Positions 1 through 14,047 are shown, counted from the whole stretch's first letter. The stretch: 63,902 bases of DNA, filler included, from Pirum gemmata (GCA_002812295.1; 17 parts of 17 records of this genome joined end to end with filler, not necessarily neighbours in it); one strand, 5' to 3'. Translations and numbers: made by a program. The notes: generated by a model not told the origin, from the letters alone.

Positions 1-254
1 TTTAAATATTATAAACAACCAAATAAATATTCGAAGTAACAAAATAAATAAAAAGCGCTATATATTATATTATAATATAATAAATAGACTAATAATTATT
101 TATAAAAAAATAAAAAATCGAGTCAGTGGCAGCACCAACCAAATAAAATACTGGTATCAATTTCGTGCTTCTTTACTTTTTTAGGAATAAATAATTCTGT
201 ATGTACTAAAAATATCTCATCTAACGATTCTAACCAGAATACTTACACAAGTAA

Positions 255-538
255 GGGAGCGTTCAATAATGACGTAACGCCAATTCAGGGCCAAAACTAC
301 CTTACTACCCCTAATGTAACACCTCGTCACGTATGAGAAGGACTACCTCCCCTTGTGACGTAGCGATTTGGAAAAAATCAGTTTTCAATTTAGCTTTATT
401 TATTTATACTTTGTTTTTTTTTTTTGCGTTACGTCATTATTACGAATATCTACCCCTCTACCTACCTAATATAATAAGTCACAAAAATCCGACCCCCCCC
501 CCCTACCAACCCGCGATACGTAATTATTGAACGCTCCC
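255..538 (+). mobile_element. PIF/Harbinger-type MITE (family H), copy 1
   Basis: TIR GGGAGCGTTCAATAATGACGTAACGC ... GCGATACGTAATTATTGAACGCTCCC, with TAA on both sides (252-254, 539-541). A 3-bp TWA target duplication and GGG-N-GTTC termini are typical of PIF/Harbinger. Confidence 0.85.
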
Positions 539-2977
539 TAACAGAACCCTTACAGAGAATACTTATATTACCTTATTTATATTATCAGACTTTACCAGTA
601 TTATACTATTATTATGATCTCCATCAGTGACTATAATGCCAAAAAAAGAAGGTTATTGAAAAAAGGAATAAAACGTAAACAAATCATTATTTTTCGATTC
701 TATAAGACTCTAATATTATAAGATTCAATGTTTCTTTTTAATGTTAAAAAAACTTTAGCTAAAAACTTGTGAGTCTTTCTTTTCTATCATATGATACCCA
801 TAATATGATAAACAGTTTTAATTAATAAACTGACTACTACTAGCTAGAGCTCTCTAACTAGTCTCTAACCAGCTGTCTCTAACTTCTACTAACTAGTAGA
901 GTAGCCAGAGAAATATTCTACTCCCTAACTAAATTTTAAAGTTGCTGTTGAGGTTTGCTGGTTTGAAAGAGAAAGACTTTTGAAAGTTTGATTTGGTTTT
1001 GGTTGCAATTTTTTAATGATACTGAAAAAATGGTTGGCCTCTCATTTATATGCTAGCATATAATTATATTATATGATATGATATTATATACTACTATATA
1101 CTAGGAGGGATGACAAATTGACAACTATATACTCACATACTCTACATATTAATATTAATACTTGTATTAATATTAATACAATGTCATGCATGTATACGTA
1201 GTTTAAATTATCATATAATGTTTTGTTATTTTCTTGATTGATTGATTGATTATGTGGTTGTCCATATTTAAATTTGAATCATATTAATACCGTATGTTTA
1301 AAATTTGTTGTTTTTTTTGTTTGTTATAATTCTATTAAAATTAACTTTTTGTTTTTTGTTGTTGGTTGTTGGTTGTTGGTTGGTTGGCTAACTTTTAAAA
1401 GCTTGTTAGAATGATAAAATATTTTTAATAAACTAGTAGTAGAGGTAAAAAAAGCTTTTATCCCTATTATACTAATCAGATATATATTATAATATATCGT
1501 TTGATAGTATAATATAATAAATAATAATGTTATTGTGCTTTTCATTTATTTTTTCACTTCAAATATTTATTGGGTTGGTTATGATATTTAAATTGACATT
1601 TTTAAATGAATAAATAGATAATAAAATATGCCAAATTTTTTGTATATTTTATGATGACAAAAAAACTGAAAATCACGATATTAGACGCGGTTTATAACAA
1701 GTATTAATACTTGCCTTTTCTGTTGTTTTTGTTTCGGTCTGTTTCGGTCGTTTGTTCGAAACTTCGGATTGCATATACTATATTTTAAATAATATATTAT
1801 TCGTATAGACTAAATATCATAATATTAATTTTTTGTTGTTCAATGTGGGCTAGAGCTCTAGTATCATAGGATTCATAGCTAGTAGTAGTAGGTAGATGAT
1901 GTTTGTTGTTGTTGATTTTATTTTTGTTATTGATATATAAATAATTTATATAATATAATATAAATTATATATTAATAAAACAGTGGTTTTGACTTGCTGT
2001 ACTTTTAATACTATGATGTATCTATATGATGTATCGATAGTGAAAAAAAAAAGTCCGAGCCACCCCACCACTTTAATAGTCCAGTCCCACTGCGTCTACC
2101 TCACCTCATGTAGCCCTCGACTCCTCATGTCGGCATAAAATTAAATTATTTTTATATAAAATATTTTGTGGGTCTGAACACAAATTAGGCAGGTAGTGTC
2201 AGTTGCCAGACTACCACCTCGAGCAGAGGGGAGTTGCCACACTTTCTACTGGCCTTCTAGTATCTGATAGTTGGCTTCTAGTTAGCCTTCTACCCCAAGC
2301 CTTCTACCCCACTGAATCCTAGTTGAAACCACAAACCACGTTACAGCCTACGTACTTTCATCTGATATTAGCCAGTTCTACAATGCGAATCTATTGTACA
2401 GATGAGTAATTGAAAAACTAATATCATAATAATTAAAAATAAAAATGCTAATGATAATTATTATTATATAATTTAATAATATCGTACACAATATCAATAT
2501 TATTTTAATAGTATTGTATATATAATGTATGAAAACTCCATAGTTTCTTCTATTTCTACCATAGTATCGTAGGTTTAGGCCCGTAGGTTTTACGAGTTTT
2601 TCCTTCGATTTTAAAATTTGTTTGATTTGAATTATTAATTAATTAATATTAATATTGAGATTAAATAATATGAATAAATATCCAATAATAATATCAATTT
2701 AATCATTATAATACTATTTTATGGTGTCTTTGTCATCATAAAGTATACAATAAATAGTACCAAATTAATAAAATATACATCCATTTAATTTAATTTGGCA
2801 TATTTTATTATCTATTTATTGATCTAAAAATGTCAATTTAAAATGTTATAACCCACTAAATAAATATTCAGAGCGACAAAATAAATAATAATCCAGAGGG
2901 TCAATAGAAAAAAAAAGACTTAGTCTTATCATAGTATCAGATTTATATAGTAGCTAGCTACTGTAGGCTGTAGCTAA

Positions 2978-3242
2978 GGGAGCGTTCAATAATTACGTAA
3001 CGCTGGGGGGTAGGTAGGGGGGGTCGGATTTTTGTGACAGGCCGTGACGCAGTAGGGGGTAGGTTTTCGTAATATGACATAACGCAAAAAAAAATTATAC
3101 CCCTATATATATATANGGGTAATTTAGGGTACTATTTTTTCCAAATCGTTACGTCATAAGGGGTAGGTAGTCCTTCTCAAACGTTACACGGTAGGGTAGA
3201 CTTTTGTCCCAAATCGGCGTTACGTAATTATTGAACGCTCCC
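2978..3242 (-). mobile_element. PIF/Harbinger-type MITE (family H), copy 2, inverted relative to copy 1
   Basis: Perfect TIR GGGAGCGTTCAATAATTACGTAACGC / GCGTTACGTAATTATTGAACGCTCCC with TAA flanks (2975-2977, 3243-3245). The interior is the reverse complement of 255-538. Confidence 0.85.
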
Positions 3243-3415
3243 TAATTAGTTAGAGATTTATTTTTATTAGTTCTATTATTTTTAATTATATAATATTATG
3301 ATATTATGATAATAATAAAACCTGTCTCCCGCCAGTGGTGATGGAGAAAATTTATAAATAAATCATAATAAAAATAATAATATCTTCTTTGATGAGCAAA
3401 TATATAATAATAAAA

Positions 3416-3515
3416 NNNNNNNNNNNNNNNNNNNNNNNNNNNNNNNNNNNNNNNNNNNNTTAATTAATTAANNNNNNNNNNNNNNNNNNNNNNNNNNNNN
3501 NNNNNNNNNNNNNNN
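3416..3515. other. Artificial contig-joining spacer N44-TTAATTAATTAA-N44 (first of 16)
   Basis: The identical 100-bp block with a six-frame stop linker starts at 3416, 6963, 10520, 14067, 17577, 21121, 24627, 28170, 31677, 35188, 43157, 46638, 50159, 53676, 57216 and 60731. Pieces between are about 3.4 kb, except one of about 7.9 kb. Confidence 0.98.
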
Positions 3516-3807
3516 AAAAATTGGGTTAGCATACATTTATATGTATATATGTATTTATGATTCTAATTTTAATTATTAGTGTTAATAAATTTATAAAATT
3601 TTGTACTCGTTATTACATATTGACATTGATATTGTTACATTGCTATTATCATTATTATTGTGATTTATAACTATTATTATTATTATTGCTAGGGAAACAA
3701 GATAAAGAGATAAAACCAATTATGGGTTACTAGTACATTATGCAAGCTTAATTATAAGCGTAAACCTTCCTTAAACCCTAACTCAAAATCATAATCAATC
3801 GCATAAC

Positions 3808-6235
3808 CTGTTCCTGAACACTCCTAAACTCACTATATATATCTATATCACCGGTAATTGCAATATTACACATTCCTTTACTTATTTTATGCGTACGTTG
3901 GTTGTAAAGAGTAAAATGTTAAAAAACAAGTATTAAAAACAAGGTAGATAATCTATCTAAACTTTGTTTATAATATATTATAATATATAATAATTCAATT
4001 TACCTTTAACAGCATAGTACATTCCTCCTATTGGTCCATTAGTTGCCTCTCCTGAATATTCTGTGGACCCAATGCAAAACTTGTTTTTGCAATTATATCC
4101 AACCTTTTTGTTTGTATATTATTTTAGTTCTTTTTAGTTCTTAATTGAAATACAACAATAATTATTATTACATTAAAATACAGCAATAAGTATTATTACA
4201 TTAAAATACAACAATAATTATTATTACATTATTATAACTTTTTATGCTGTTTAATTGTTATCGATCATTGAAATTGTTATTATTATTCTTTTTCCTATTT
4301 TCTACCCAAAATTATTAATTTGAAATGCTTTTGCTGTATTATTATTGTTGTACTTCATTGTTATAATATATATGTGTTTATATATAAAATGGTTATTTTC
4401 GCCGAAAATAACCATTTTTTTGCTATATACATATGCTATATTACTATATATCATTGTCATAATTATTGTTTTTCTTGTTGTTAATCAATTAATGTTATTA
4501 TTGGTTTTTATATTTTTTATTACCAAGTCATCAAAGCCAGAAGTAGTAGTTTTAGATGCCTTTTTTCCACCATTAATAGTCAGAAACGTATCTGTGAAAG
4601 TTACACCTACATTTCAAAAATAAGGATAGCGATAAGATTTCGATTACTTGTGATAGTAATAATAAAAATAATTAAAGATAGCGTTAATGATATCAATAAA
4701 GATAACTATACTAATTAAATACAAGCTTAATTAACATGATGATAATGATAATAATAATAATAATTGTTATATCAATAACCTTAATCATAACCGTATTATT
4801 AATCTAACTTAGCTATTGCATATATAATATTATTAATTAATACACCAATATATACCTTGGAATGTTTCTCCAGCAGTAATAACGTAGTCCGTCATGTTAA
4901 AGTTTGCAATATAACTATTATCAATTTTGAAATCAAATACCATATAAGTATTATTACTAGTCACTTTTGTAATATTTATACCATTATCATCAAATTCTAA
5001 GTCATACAAAGCCCCACACTCCACATTATCTTGTGTTTGGTAACCATCACCTAGAATTTCCGTATTACAAAAATATGATGAAGTTGTGCCTATGCACTGC
5101 CCCATATAAGTACTGTTCGCTTGAGAAATTTTACCTTCTGTGTATGGAATTGTTTTAGTAACGTCGTTCCAGTCGTAAAGGTCGATCTCTATATTATAAT
5201 ATAATTATATATATTTAGGTTTATGATTGTATATTGTTTTGTTTAATTTATTAATATTAATAATATTCATTTTATGTTTAAATTAATTAAAAACTACTAT
5301 TACTAGTACTAGTACTACTACTATTACTATTACTGCTACACTACTAATACTACTACGTATACTTCTACTGCTACTTCTACTACTACAGGCCATTTCTCTT
5401 TCTATTACTATACTGATTGTGTATTGTTTTGTTTAATCATATTCATTTTATCTTTAAAAAGCAATTAAAAACTACTATTACTACTACTATTACTACTACT
5501 AGTACTATTCGTATTTCACTACTACGTATACTTCTACTGCTACTTCTACTGCTACTTCTACTATTACTGGCCATATCTTTTACTACTATAATACTACTAC
5601 TACCCTAACCCTAACCCTAACCCTAACCCTAACCCTAACCCTATATATCTACTACTACTACTAATAGCCACTACTGTTACTACTGTATCTATCGATCTCT
5701 ATATTATAATATAATTATATAGGTTTATGATTGTGTATTGTTTTGTTTAGCCATTAATATTCATTTAAATTGATTTAATTAAAACCAATTTATTTATGCA
5801 TAATCATGCATATTCCCTATAATTGTATATATTATAAAAACAAACAATTCCTAATCCTTTAGCCAAAAAAAAAAGTAATTATTTATAGATTGTGTATTTT
5901 GTGTTGTTTTTCTTGTATAAGGAGGTGAAATGAAGATTCTTGTAATATAATATATATTATAAAAACAAAATGATTATAATTATTTCGTTTCGTTTTGTTA
6001 TATTGGGGTTAGGGTTAGGGTTAGGGTTAGGGTTAGGGTTAGTTTAGTCATCAAATTTGATGTATTAATTAAAATATCATATACATAATATATTAATAAA
6101 AAAATTCTTACTGAAACTTTTACCGGGTGGTAAGTGGTAAGAAGTGAAAACAGGGTAACAATCTATATCCTCTGACTTAATAACATTAAAAAGTAAAATA
6201 TTAAGCAGTATTAAAGAATTAATAAATCCAGTCAT
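3808..6235 (-). CDS. Multi-exon secreted hypothetical protein, 3'-truncated by contig end; exons 6112-6235, 4856-5188, 4524-4606, 4004-4103, 3808-3875
   Basis: ATG at 6235 gives a hydrophobic signal-like MTGFINSLILLNILLFNVIKS. All four joins are GT-AG with matching phases (1,1,0,1) and read continuously ...GKSF/KIDLYDWND...TFQ/GVTFTDT...DDL/VGYNCKNK...AVK/GMCNIAIT...QEQ. Family not recognised. Confidence 0.75.
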
Positions 6236-7666
6236 TTTTGCGGTGGATGTTAATTAATAAAAAATTTTGCTTTTTTTTTTAAATTATTACTATTACAATT
6301 TTGTTTTGTTTTTTTGTTTTTTTTATTTTTATTTTTTTTTTTTAATTTAAATTAAAAAAATATTTCACTTTTGTTATTTGATTTTGCTTTATTTATATAT
6401 TGTTTGCGAGCATGTGTTTTAAACCTTTTAAAATTTCTGCTTTTACAAAACTATTGCAATAATAATTATTAAACTTCGTGACTACTTTCCATTGTTCATT
6501 ACATTTTCTCATCACATTTGTTCCAAAAAGTGTCTATATATTATTATCTATATTAAATATTAATCTCTTAGTGTAAGGTTTTTTAACAATTAATCGCAAA
6601 GCACTAACCCTTATTTTTTTTTCATTTTTTTTTTTTCACATGTTAACGCGTTTAAAATGGAAGGGACCCCTCCAATGGGACTCTGAAATTTTCATTTTCC
6701 GCTGCGGCATTTATAGTAAAAAATAAACTATTTTTAAATTAAATTAAATTACTATAATAAGAATGTTCCAAAAAAGCAAATTATTTAACTATTAATGGTT
6801 TGAAATTTACTTAATGGTTTGAAATTTAATTAATTGGGAAGCCGTAAGTGGCTGCGGGTTGTGGAATTAGTGCCAATTTTTAAGGGGTCACTTACTTATA
6901 GGTCTCTTATAGGTGTCACCCCTCTTGCGTTTGTATATTATTATTATTATATTATTATTATTNNNNNNNNNNNNNNNNNNNNNNNNNNNNNNNNNNNNNN
7001 NNNNNNTTAATTAATTAANNNNNNNNNNNNNNNNNNNNNNNNNNNNNNNNNNNNNNNNNNNNAATAACAATAACAATAACAAACAATAACAATAACAATA
7101 ACAATAACAATAACAATAACAATAACAAAATTAACATTAATGACAATAACAAAATCAAAATTATTAACAATATTATTAACAATGTTATTAACAATTACAA
7201 TTACAATAACAATAACAAAAACAATAACAATAACAATAACAAAAACAAAAAACAATAACAATAGCAATAACAATAATAACAAAGTTTAATAATTTTGTGT
7301 AATTTTGTGTAATTGACTGTAATTGACTGTAATTGTATAATATGTTATTTATTTATTTATTTATTAATTTTATTAAATTTATTTATTTATTTTATCAAAT
7401 TAAAAACCTTTTTATTATTAATAATTAACTTTTTTTTTACAAAAAAAACGAGTTAAACTTGATAAATAATAATAATAATAATAATAATAACAGTGATTAT
7501 GTATTGTATACTTTTTTTAAATAAAAAAATAAATAAAAAGCCGCCCAAATTTACATTTAAAATGCAACAATAGAAAATAACAATATCAAAAATAATATAA
7601 ACAATAATAACAATGCATTAAAATATGTAGAAATAACAAGAAGACTAATAAAAATTATGATTCTTA

Positions 7667-8368
7667 CTAGTATTCATGTATTTGGGTTAGGGTATAATGA
7701 TTAAAGTATGGCATTTCTGTCAAAATCAAATAATTTGCAATTGAGCGCATGGAAATAGATCGTAGAGAGCTACTTTGTGAAAGGGCAGGTAGAGTTGAAC
7801 TTTTAACAAACGCTGGAGAACGTCTTATAGTAGCGTTGTTTTTTGCATTGGAGGGTAATCGTTTTTGTAATTGATTCAAACTTGGAGCAGATTTAGAATT
7901 TCGAAGCGGCTTCAAACTTTGAGTTTGAGTTTCTGCGCAGTTAAGTTGAATTTTAACGCTTTGTATATGTATTACGTTAGTTTTTACAGGTTGATGAACG
8001 ATGCATTTTTGTGCAAATACTGTATTGTTCTTTTCAATAGCAATGTTCAATATATCTTCGTAACTATATGATTTGGTTATTGTTTTGGGAGTAATGTCAG
8101 AAAGACAAAAATCATCACAAAAATCATCAACTGAGAAGCTTTTTTGTGATTCCAATAATCTTCCTTCGCATTTATTGTTTTCTTTAGTATTGATATTCTC
8201 TTCTGATGCAGGGAAAGAGAATTTAACTTCTAGTTTAGCGTCATTCTTGTTTGTGATTGTTGGTTGCGGTTGCTTTTGGTGTTGTGAAATATATTTGTGT
8301 ACTGAGTCGAAACCGAATGAGGCTTTAACTGTCGTACTAAGGTTGGAGAAGTTTGCTAAACGAACCAT
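7667..8368 (-). CDS. Hypothetical 233-aa Ser/Lys-rich protein
   Basis: Intact non-repetitive ORF with higher GC than its flanks and an A-rich leader before the ATG; no domain recognised. Confidence 0.65.
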   Translation of the reverse strand: MVRLANFSNLSTTVKASFGFDSVHKYISQHQKQPQPTITNKNDAKLEVKFSFPASEENINTKENNKCEGRLLESQKSFSVDDFCDDFCLSDITPKTITKSYSYEDILNIAIEKNNTVFAQKCIVHQPVKTNVIHIQSVKIQLNCAETQTQSLKPLRNSKSAPSLNQLQKRLPSNAKNNATIRRSPAFVKSSTLPALSQSSSLRSISMRSIANYLILTEMPYFNHYTLTQIHEY

Positions 8369-9002
8369 TTTTTTTTGTTGGTATTTTCTTTTGTTTTATG
8401 TTATAACTACTACTAGCTATATTATTATTTTGTTCTTGTTATTTTTAATATTTATTTTGTTTTGTGTGTTGTTTTGTGTGTGTGTGTTTTTTTATTTTTT
8501 TTTTTTACTTTATTTTATTATTATTATTATTTTTTTTTACTTTTTTTCATTACAACAAATACCCTTTATACTCTCAAACATTTCACAATTTGAACTCCTG
8601 ACGTCTTAGTCACGTCTATCACATTTCTGCGTCTACTTGGACTAATTGTAACCATACACTACCATACCCTAACCCTATTTTTTAGTCCTAACCCAATTAC
8701 AAATCCTCTCCCCGCCCCTTCAAAAAAAAAGTGTTTTTATAATAACATTTAATGTGTTCATTGGCTGTCGCATTACTTCTTTTTTCGTTTTGAGCTTTTT
8801 GAGTTCATCTTTTTACTTATATTTAGGGTTAGGGTTAGGATTATTTTTATTATTATTATTTGGTGGATTATAATCTTTAAATTGACATTTTTAAATCAAT
8901 AAATAGATAATAAAATATACCAAATTAAATTAAATGGATTTATATTGTATTAATTTGGTACTACAAAAAACTAAAAAGCACTATATGCATTGAGTTTAAA
9001 AA

Positions 9003-9145
9003 TCCCCAACTTTTTGAGACATAACAATAATATTATTCTATTTCGAATATATATAAACTTAGTTTGTTCGAAATGTTCGTGCCGCCAAAAAAATTTGGCC
9101 ACTTTTCAAAAGTTGGTGGATGTTATTTTAGGCGTACTGCACCAT
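9003..9145 (+). repeat. Dispersed repeat (family 4); second copy at ~10146-10262, related inverted sequence at ~47673-47860
   Basis: Shared TCCCAACTTTTTG...TTCTATTTCGAATATATAAA...GGCCACTTTTCAAAAGTTGG...TTTTAGGCGTACTGCACCATA, with a CCAACTTTT/AAAAGTTGG inverted pair. Confidence 0.6.
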
Positions 9146-10882
9146 AAGTGAAAAAAATCAACAAGAAAATTATAATTATTATTATTTATAATAAATGGTT
9201 TTTTTAAAAAGTGGTCCACTTCTCGCATTTTTAATTCGGTTTTCATTTTATTTGTTTTTTCATTGGTGTTTATCTTCATTTTTCTTCAAATTTTTGTTTA
9301 CGTTTGCAAAAACTATTCGTCACATGCGTGTGCGAGTGTGCACGTTAACATTATTCGTCAATTTTGGCACTTTCAAAATTTGATTCTGTCCTTGATGTTT
9401 GTTGTTTGTTTTGGTTACCCTTTTGTTGTTTATCTTTTTAAATTTAATAGTGTATGTGTGATCTGTAATATATAGTTTATTTGCTTCTTACCCACCTAAT
9501 AATATAAACTATAAAAGTGTTGTTGTGTGTTGAAAATGATATTGAAAAGTTTTAGGTTTTGTTTTTGATACTTCAAAGTACTTTTTAATTAAAAATAATA
9601 AAATTTAATCAAGTTTAATACAATATTTTAAGACTCTATAGTTTAATACAATATTATAAGACTCTATATACTTTAGTATTGTATATTAGGGTTATAATTC
9701 ATAATCATAAGAGCCCATAAGTTAGTGCTAGGTTTAGGTTTAGGGTTAGGGTTAGGGTTTAATACAATATTATAAGACTCTATATACTTTAGTATTGTAT
9801 ATTAGGGTTATTCATAATCATAAGAGCCCATAAGTTAGTGCTAGGTTTAGGGTTAGGGTTAGGGTTAGGGTTAGGGTACGTAAGGTTGAACGTTATAATA
9901 TATATTGTAATCACTTTCAGAAAGCGTTTAGTGATTACATTACAATCTCGTTGATTAGCACATATACTTTTGGTGTATTCAAAAGGTAATATAATATATA
10001 ATAGGGTTAGGGTTAAGGTTAGGATTAGGGTTATGATTAGGGTTAGGGTTAGGGTTAGGGTTAGGGTTAGGGTTAGGGTTAGGGTTGTATAATTGTTGTT
10101 TTGGAAAAAAAAAAAAAAATGACGTAGATTGGAGACTTTTTATCGTGCATTCCCAACTTTTTGGAATAGTAATAATAATATTCTATTTCGAATATATAAA
10201 TTTAGTGTGTTTGAAATGGCCACTTTTCAAAAGTTGGTTAATTTTAGGCGTACTGCACCATATCATACAAAGTATGGATCTGTAGAGCTAATGTAAAAAA
10301 AAAGCTAATAATAGAATTGTAATTCTAAATTGGAATCATTTTCTATTAATCATTAATTGACGACGTGTTTTTTTTTTTTTGCTTCTTTGTTTTTCGTTAC
10401 GTTTTTGTTTTAGTGGTATGTTTATTTCAATTGCTGTTTATATTTATGTTACTATTTAATGTTGTTATTTTACTGTTGTTGATTGTTATTGTTGTTGATT
10501 GTTGTTGATTGTTGTTGACNNNNNNNNNNNNNNNNNNNNNNNNNNNNNNNNNNNNNNNNNNNNTTAATTAATTAANNNNNNNNNNNNNNNNNNNNNNNNN
10601 NNNNNNNNNNNNNNNNNNNTATTTATTTATTATATATTTGTTTATTTTATTTGTTTATTCATTTTATATACTTCTCTATTAATTAATTAAAATAAAAAAA
10701 AACTTAAAAAAAAACGAAAAAAAAAACGAAAAAAAAGCGAAAAAAATATCAGTTACGAAAAAACAAGTTACCCACAAAAATAATATTAAAATCAATTCAA
10801 CTTCATTAAATACTAACCGCAACCCGAACCCTAATTCTAACTTTAAACCCTATTTTAACACTGATTAAAATACCATATATAG

Positions 10883-13730
10883 TGTTTAAATGGTTTGGAT
10901 TTCATATGTAAAGATGGATGGAAAGGACCAACTTGCACCACACAGTGTACACAACCCGATTCATATTGTACCAAAGGAATAGAAACGCCATGCGCTCTCC
11001 AAAGTGCAACATGTGCTCAACACGATTCAGGACAATGTGTTGTGTCCGAAAAAAGAATAGGATGTCAAAAATGCAATGAGAGAAAATATGGCGACGGGGA
11101 AAATTGTTGTAACGCTTCTCCTGTGGAGTGTCGGGTTCCAGCTTCGGAGTGCTTACCTTCCGGAGATCAAAAATGTACAACCTGCTCCGCCGGTTATTTT
11201 ATTGATTCTGGTATTTGTAAATCATGTCCATTAAATGCTGAGGTAAACCACTAGATATTTATTTAATTTTATATATTTTATTATTGAATTTCTTTATTTT
11301 CTTATTTATTATAATTTAATAATTATTATTTATTTATTTTAATAATTGAAAAAATAAAAATAAAAAATAAAAAATAAACAGAAAAATAAGTTACCCCAAC
11401 AAAAATAATGTTATTGTTTACAACATCATAATTAATACCACAACCACAACCACAACCACAACCACAACCCTAACTATAGTCTTAATCCTAATTCTAAAAC
11501 TCATTAAAATACTAGTGTTTAAATGGTTTGGATTTCATATGTAAAGATGGATGGAAAGGACCAACATGCACCTCACAGTGTACAAAACCTGATTCATATT
11601 GTACCAAAGGAATAGAAACGCCGTGCGATCTCCAAAGTGCAACATGTGCTCAACACGATTCAGGACAATGTGTTGTGTCCGAAAAAAGAATAGGATGTCA
11701 AAAATGCAATGAGAATTATGAAAATGTTGGGAAAATATGCAAACCCTGCAGTGGAGGAAAATATGGCGACGGGGAAAATTGTTGTAACGCTTCCCCTGTG
11801 GAGTGCCGGGTTCCAGCTCCGGAGTGCTTACCTTCAGGAGATCAAAAATGTACAATCTGCTCCGCCGGTTATTTTATTGATTCTGGTATTTGTAAATCAT
11901 GTCCATTAAATGCCGAGGTAAACCACTAGATTTTTATTTAGTTTTATATATTTTATGGTTGAATTTATTTATTTTCTTTATTTATTATTATTTAATAATT
12001 ATTATTAATTTACTTTAATACCTCAACAACAATAAGGTTATTGTTTACAATATCATAATTAATACCACAATCACAACCACAACCAAAACCACAACCCTAA
12101 CTATAGTCTTAATCCTAATTCTAACCCTCATTAAAATACTACAGTGTTTAAATGGTTTGGATTTCATATGTAAAGATGGGTGGAAAGGACCAACATGCAC
12201 CACACAGTGTACAAAACCTGATTCATATTGTACCAAAGGAACAGAAACGCCGTGTGATGTCCAAAGTGCAACATGTGCTCAACACGATTCAGGACAATGT
12301 GTTGTGTCCGAAAAAAAAATAGGATGTCAAAAATGCAATAAAAATTATGAAAATGTCAGGAAAATCTGCAAACCCTGCAGTGCAGGAAAATATGGCGACG
12401 GAGATAATTGTTGTGACCCTTCCCCTGCGGAGTGCCGGGTTCCAGCTCCGGAGTGTTTACCTTCAGGAGATCAAAAATGTACAACCTGCTCCACCGGTTA
12501 TTTTATTGATTCTGGTATTTGTAAATCGTGTCCATTGAACGCTGAGGTTTTATTTCATTCATTAATTTATTAATTTTATTATGTTTTTGTTATTTATTTA
12601 TTTATTCATTTTATTTTTATTTATTTATCTTTTAATNAAAAAAAAAAAAAAAAAGGTCAGTTTCAAAAAAATAAGTTACTATCCACAATAATTTTATTTC
12701 TACTCTGATAAATTTAACATCATAAACAATACCACAACCACAACCACAACCCCAATTGCAACTGCAACTGCAACCCCGTAGTACTAACCACAACCCAATT
12801 GCTAACTATTACCTTAATCCTAATTATAAACCTAATTAAAATATTATAGTGTTTAAATGGTTTGGATTTCATATGTAATGATGGATGGAAAGGACTAATG
12901 TGCAACACACAGTGTACAAAATCTGATTCACATTGTACCAAAGGAATAGAAACGCCGTGCGATCTCCAAAGTGCAACGTGTGCTCAACACGATGCAGGAC
13001 AATGTGTTGTGTCCGAAAAAAAAATAGGATGTCAAAAATGCAATGAAAATTATGAAAATGTTAGGAAAATCTGCAAACCCTGCAGTGCAGGAAAATATGG
13101 CGACGGAGATAATTGTTGTGACCCTTCCCCTGCGGAGTGCCGGGTTCCAGCTCCGGAGTGTTTACCTTCCGGAAATCAAAAATGTATGACTTGCTCCGAT
13201 GGTTATTATAGTGATTCTGGTGTTTGTAAGTCATGTAATATTACTGATATAGCAAACAAAGGTAATTGTTTAGTTGATGTACTTAGTTGTGCATTTAGAA
13301 ACGGTAATTTTGAGAATATTCGTTGTCTTGTTCCTAAATTAAATTACTATTTAGATAACAACCAAATTGCAAATTCTTGTCAAAGTGATGATATTGCAAT
13401 AAAGGGTAATTGTAATGATAAAAATAGTGTAACGAATTGTAATGGGACTGATGGGTTATCTAATATAACGTGTGGTTTATGTGCTGATTATGCTAATGAT
13501 ACTCTTGTCACTGGTATTTGCATTAAGAACTGTATCAAGCAAGATGAATGTCAAATACTTGTTAATCAAAGTTTTCCTGAATGTGTGGTAGGGAGGAGTG
13601 TTTTAAAATGCAATACATGCAATCCTAATTATTATGTTAATATTAACGGTTTGTGTAAGTCATGTAATACAGATATTATAAAACAAACAGGCCATTGTTT
13701 ATCGAATGTTGATGTAAAAAGTTGTTCAGG
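10883..13730 (+). CDS. Cys-rich EGF/furin-like-repeat extracellular protein (internal fragment); exons 10883-11242, 11516-11917, 12145-12546, 12850-~13730
   Basis: Each exon starts after AG at TGT TTA AAT GGT (CLNG). The first three end GAG|GT (phase 0). CxxCxxG(Y/F)...CxxC furin-like repeats are present, and the EGF-like CPLNAE/CLNGLDFICKDGWKGPTC spans each junction. Confidence 0.85.
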
Positions 13731-14006
13731 GTATACCGTCATCCCCACTACTTATCTTAACCTTATCCTTAACCTTAACCTTAACCTTAACCTTAACCTT
13801 AACCTTAACCTTAACCTTAACCTTAACCTTAATATGAACCTTAATGTTAACCTCAGCCTTAATTTTCACCGTGACCGACCTTAACCTTAACCCTAATACT
13901 GACCTTATCCTTAGTAATTATTTTATTTCAAAGTTTAGTTTTAAATATAACACTAATAATGGTAATAATAATAATAATGGTAACAACAATAATAACAAAT
14001 AATACA

Positions 14007-14047
<41 letters not shown>

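Noticed and set aside
3460..3471. Regularly spaced TTAATTAATTAA palindrome every ~3.5 kb
   Set aside because: Always centred in an exact 100-bp N block: an assembly linker. Gene-cluster or synteny claims across it are invalid.
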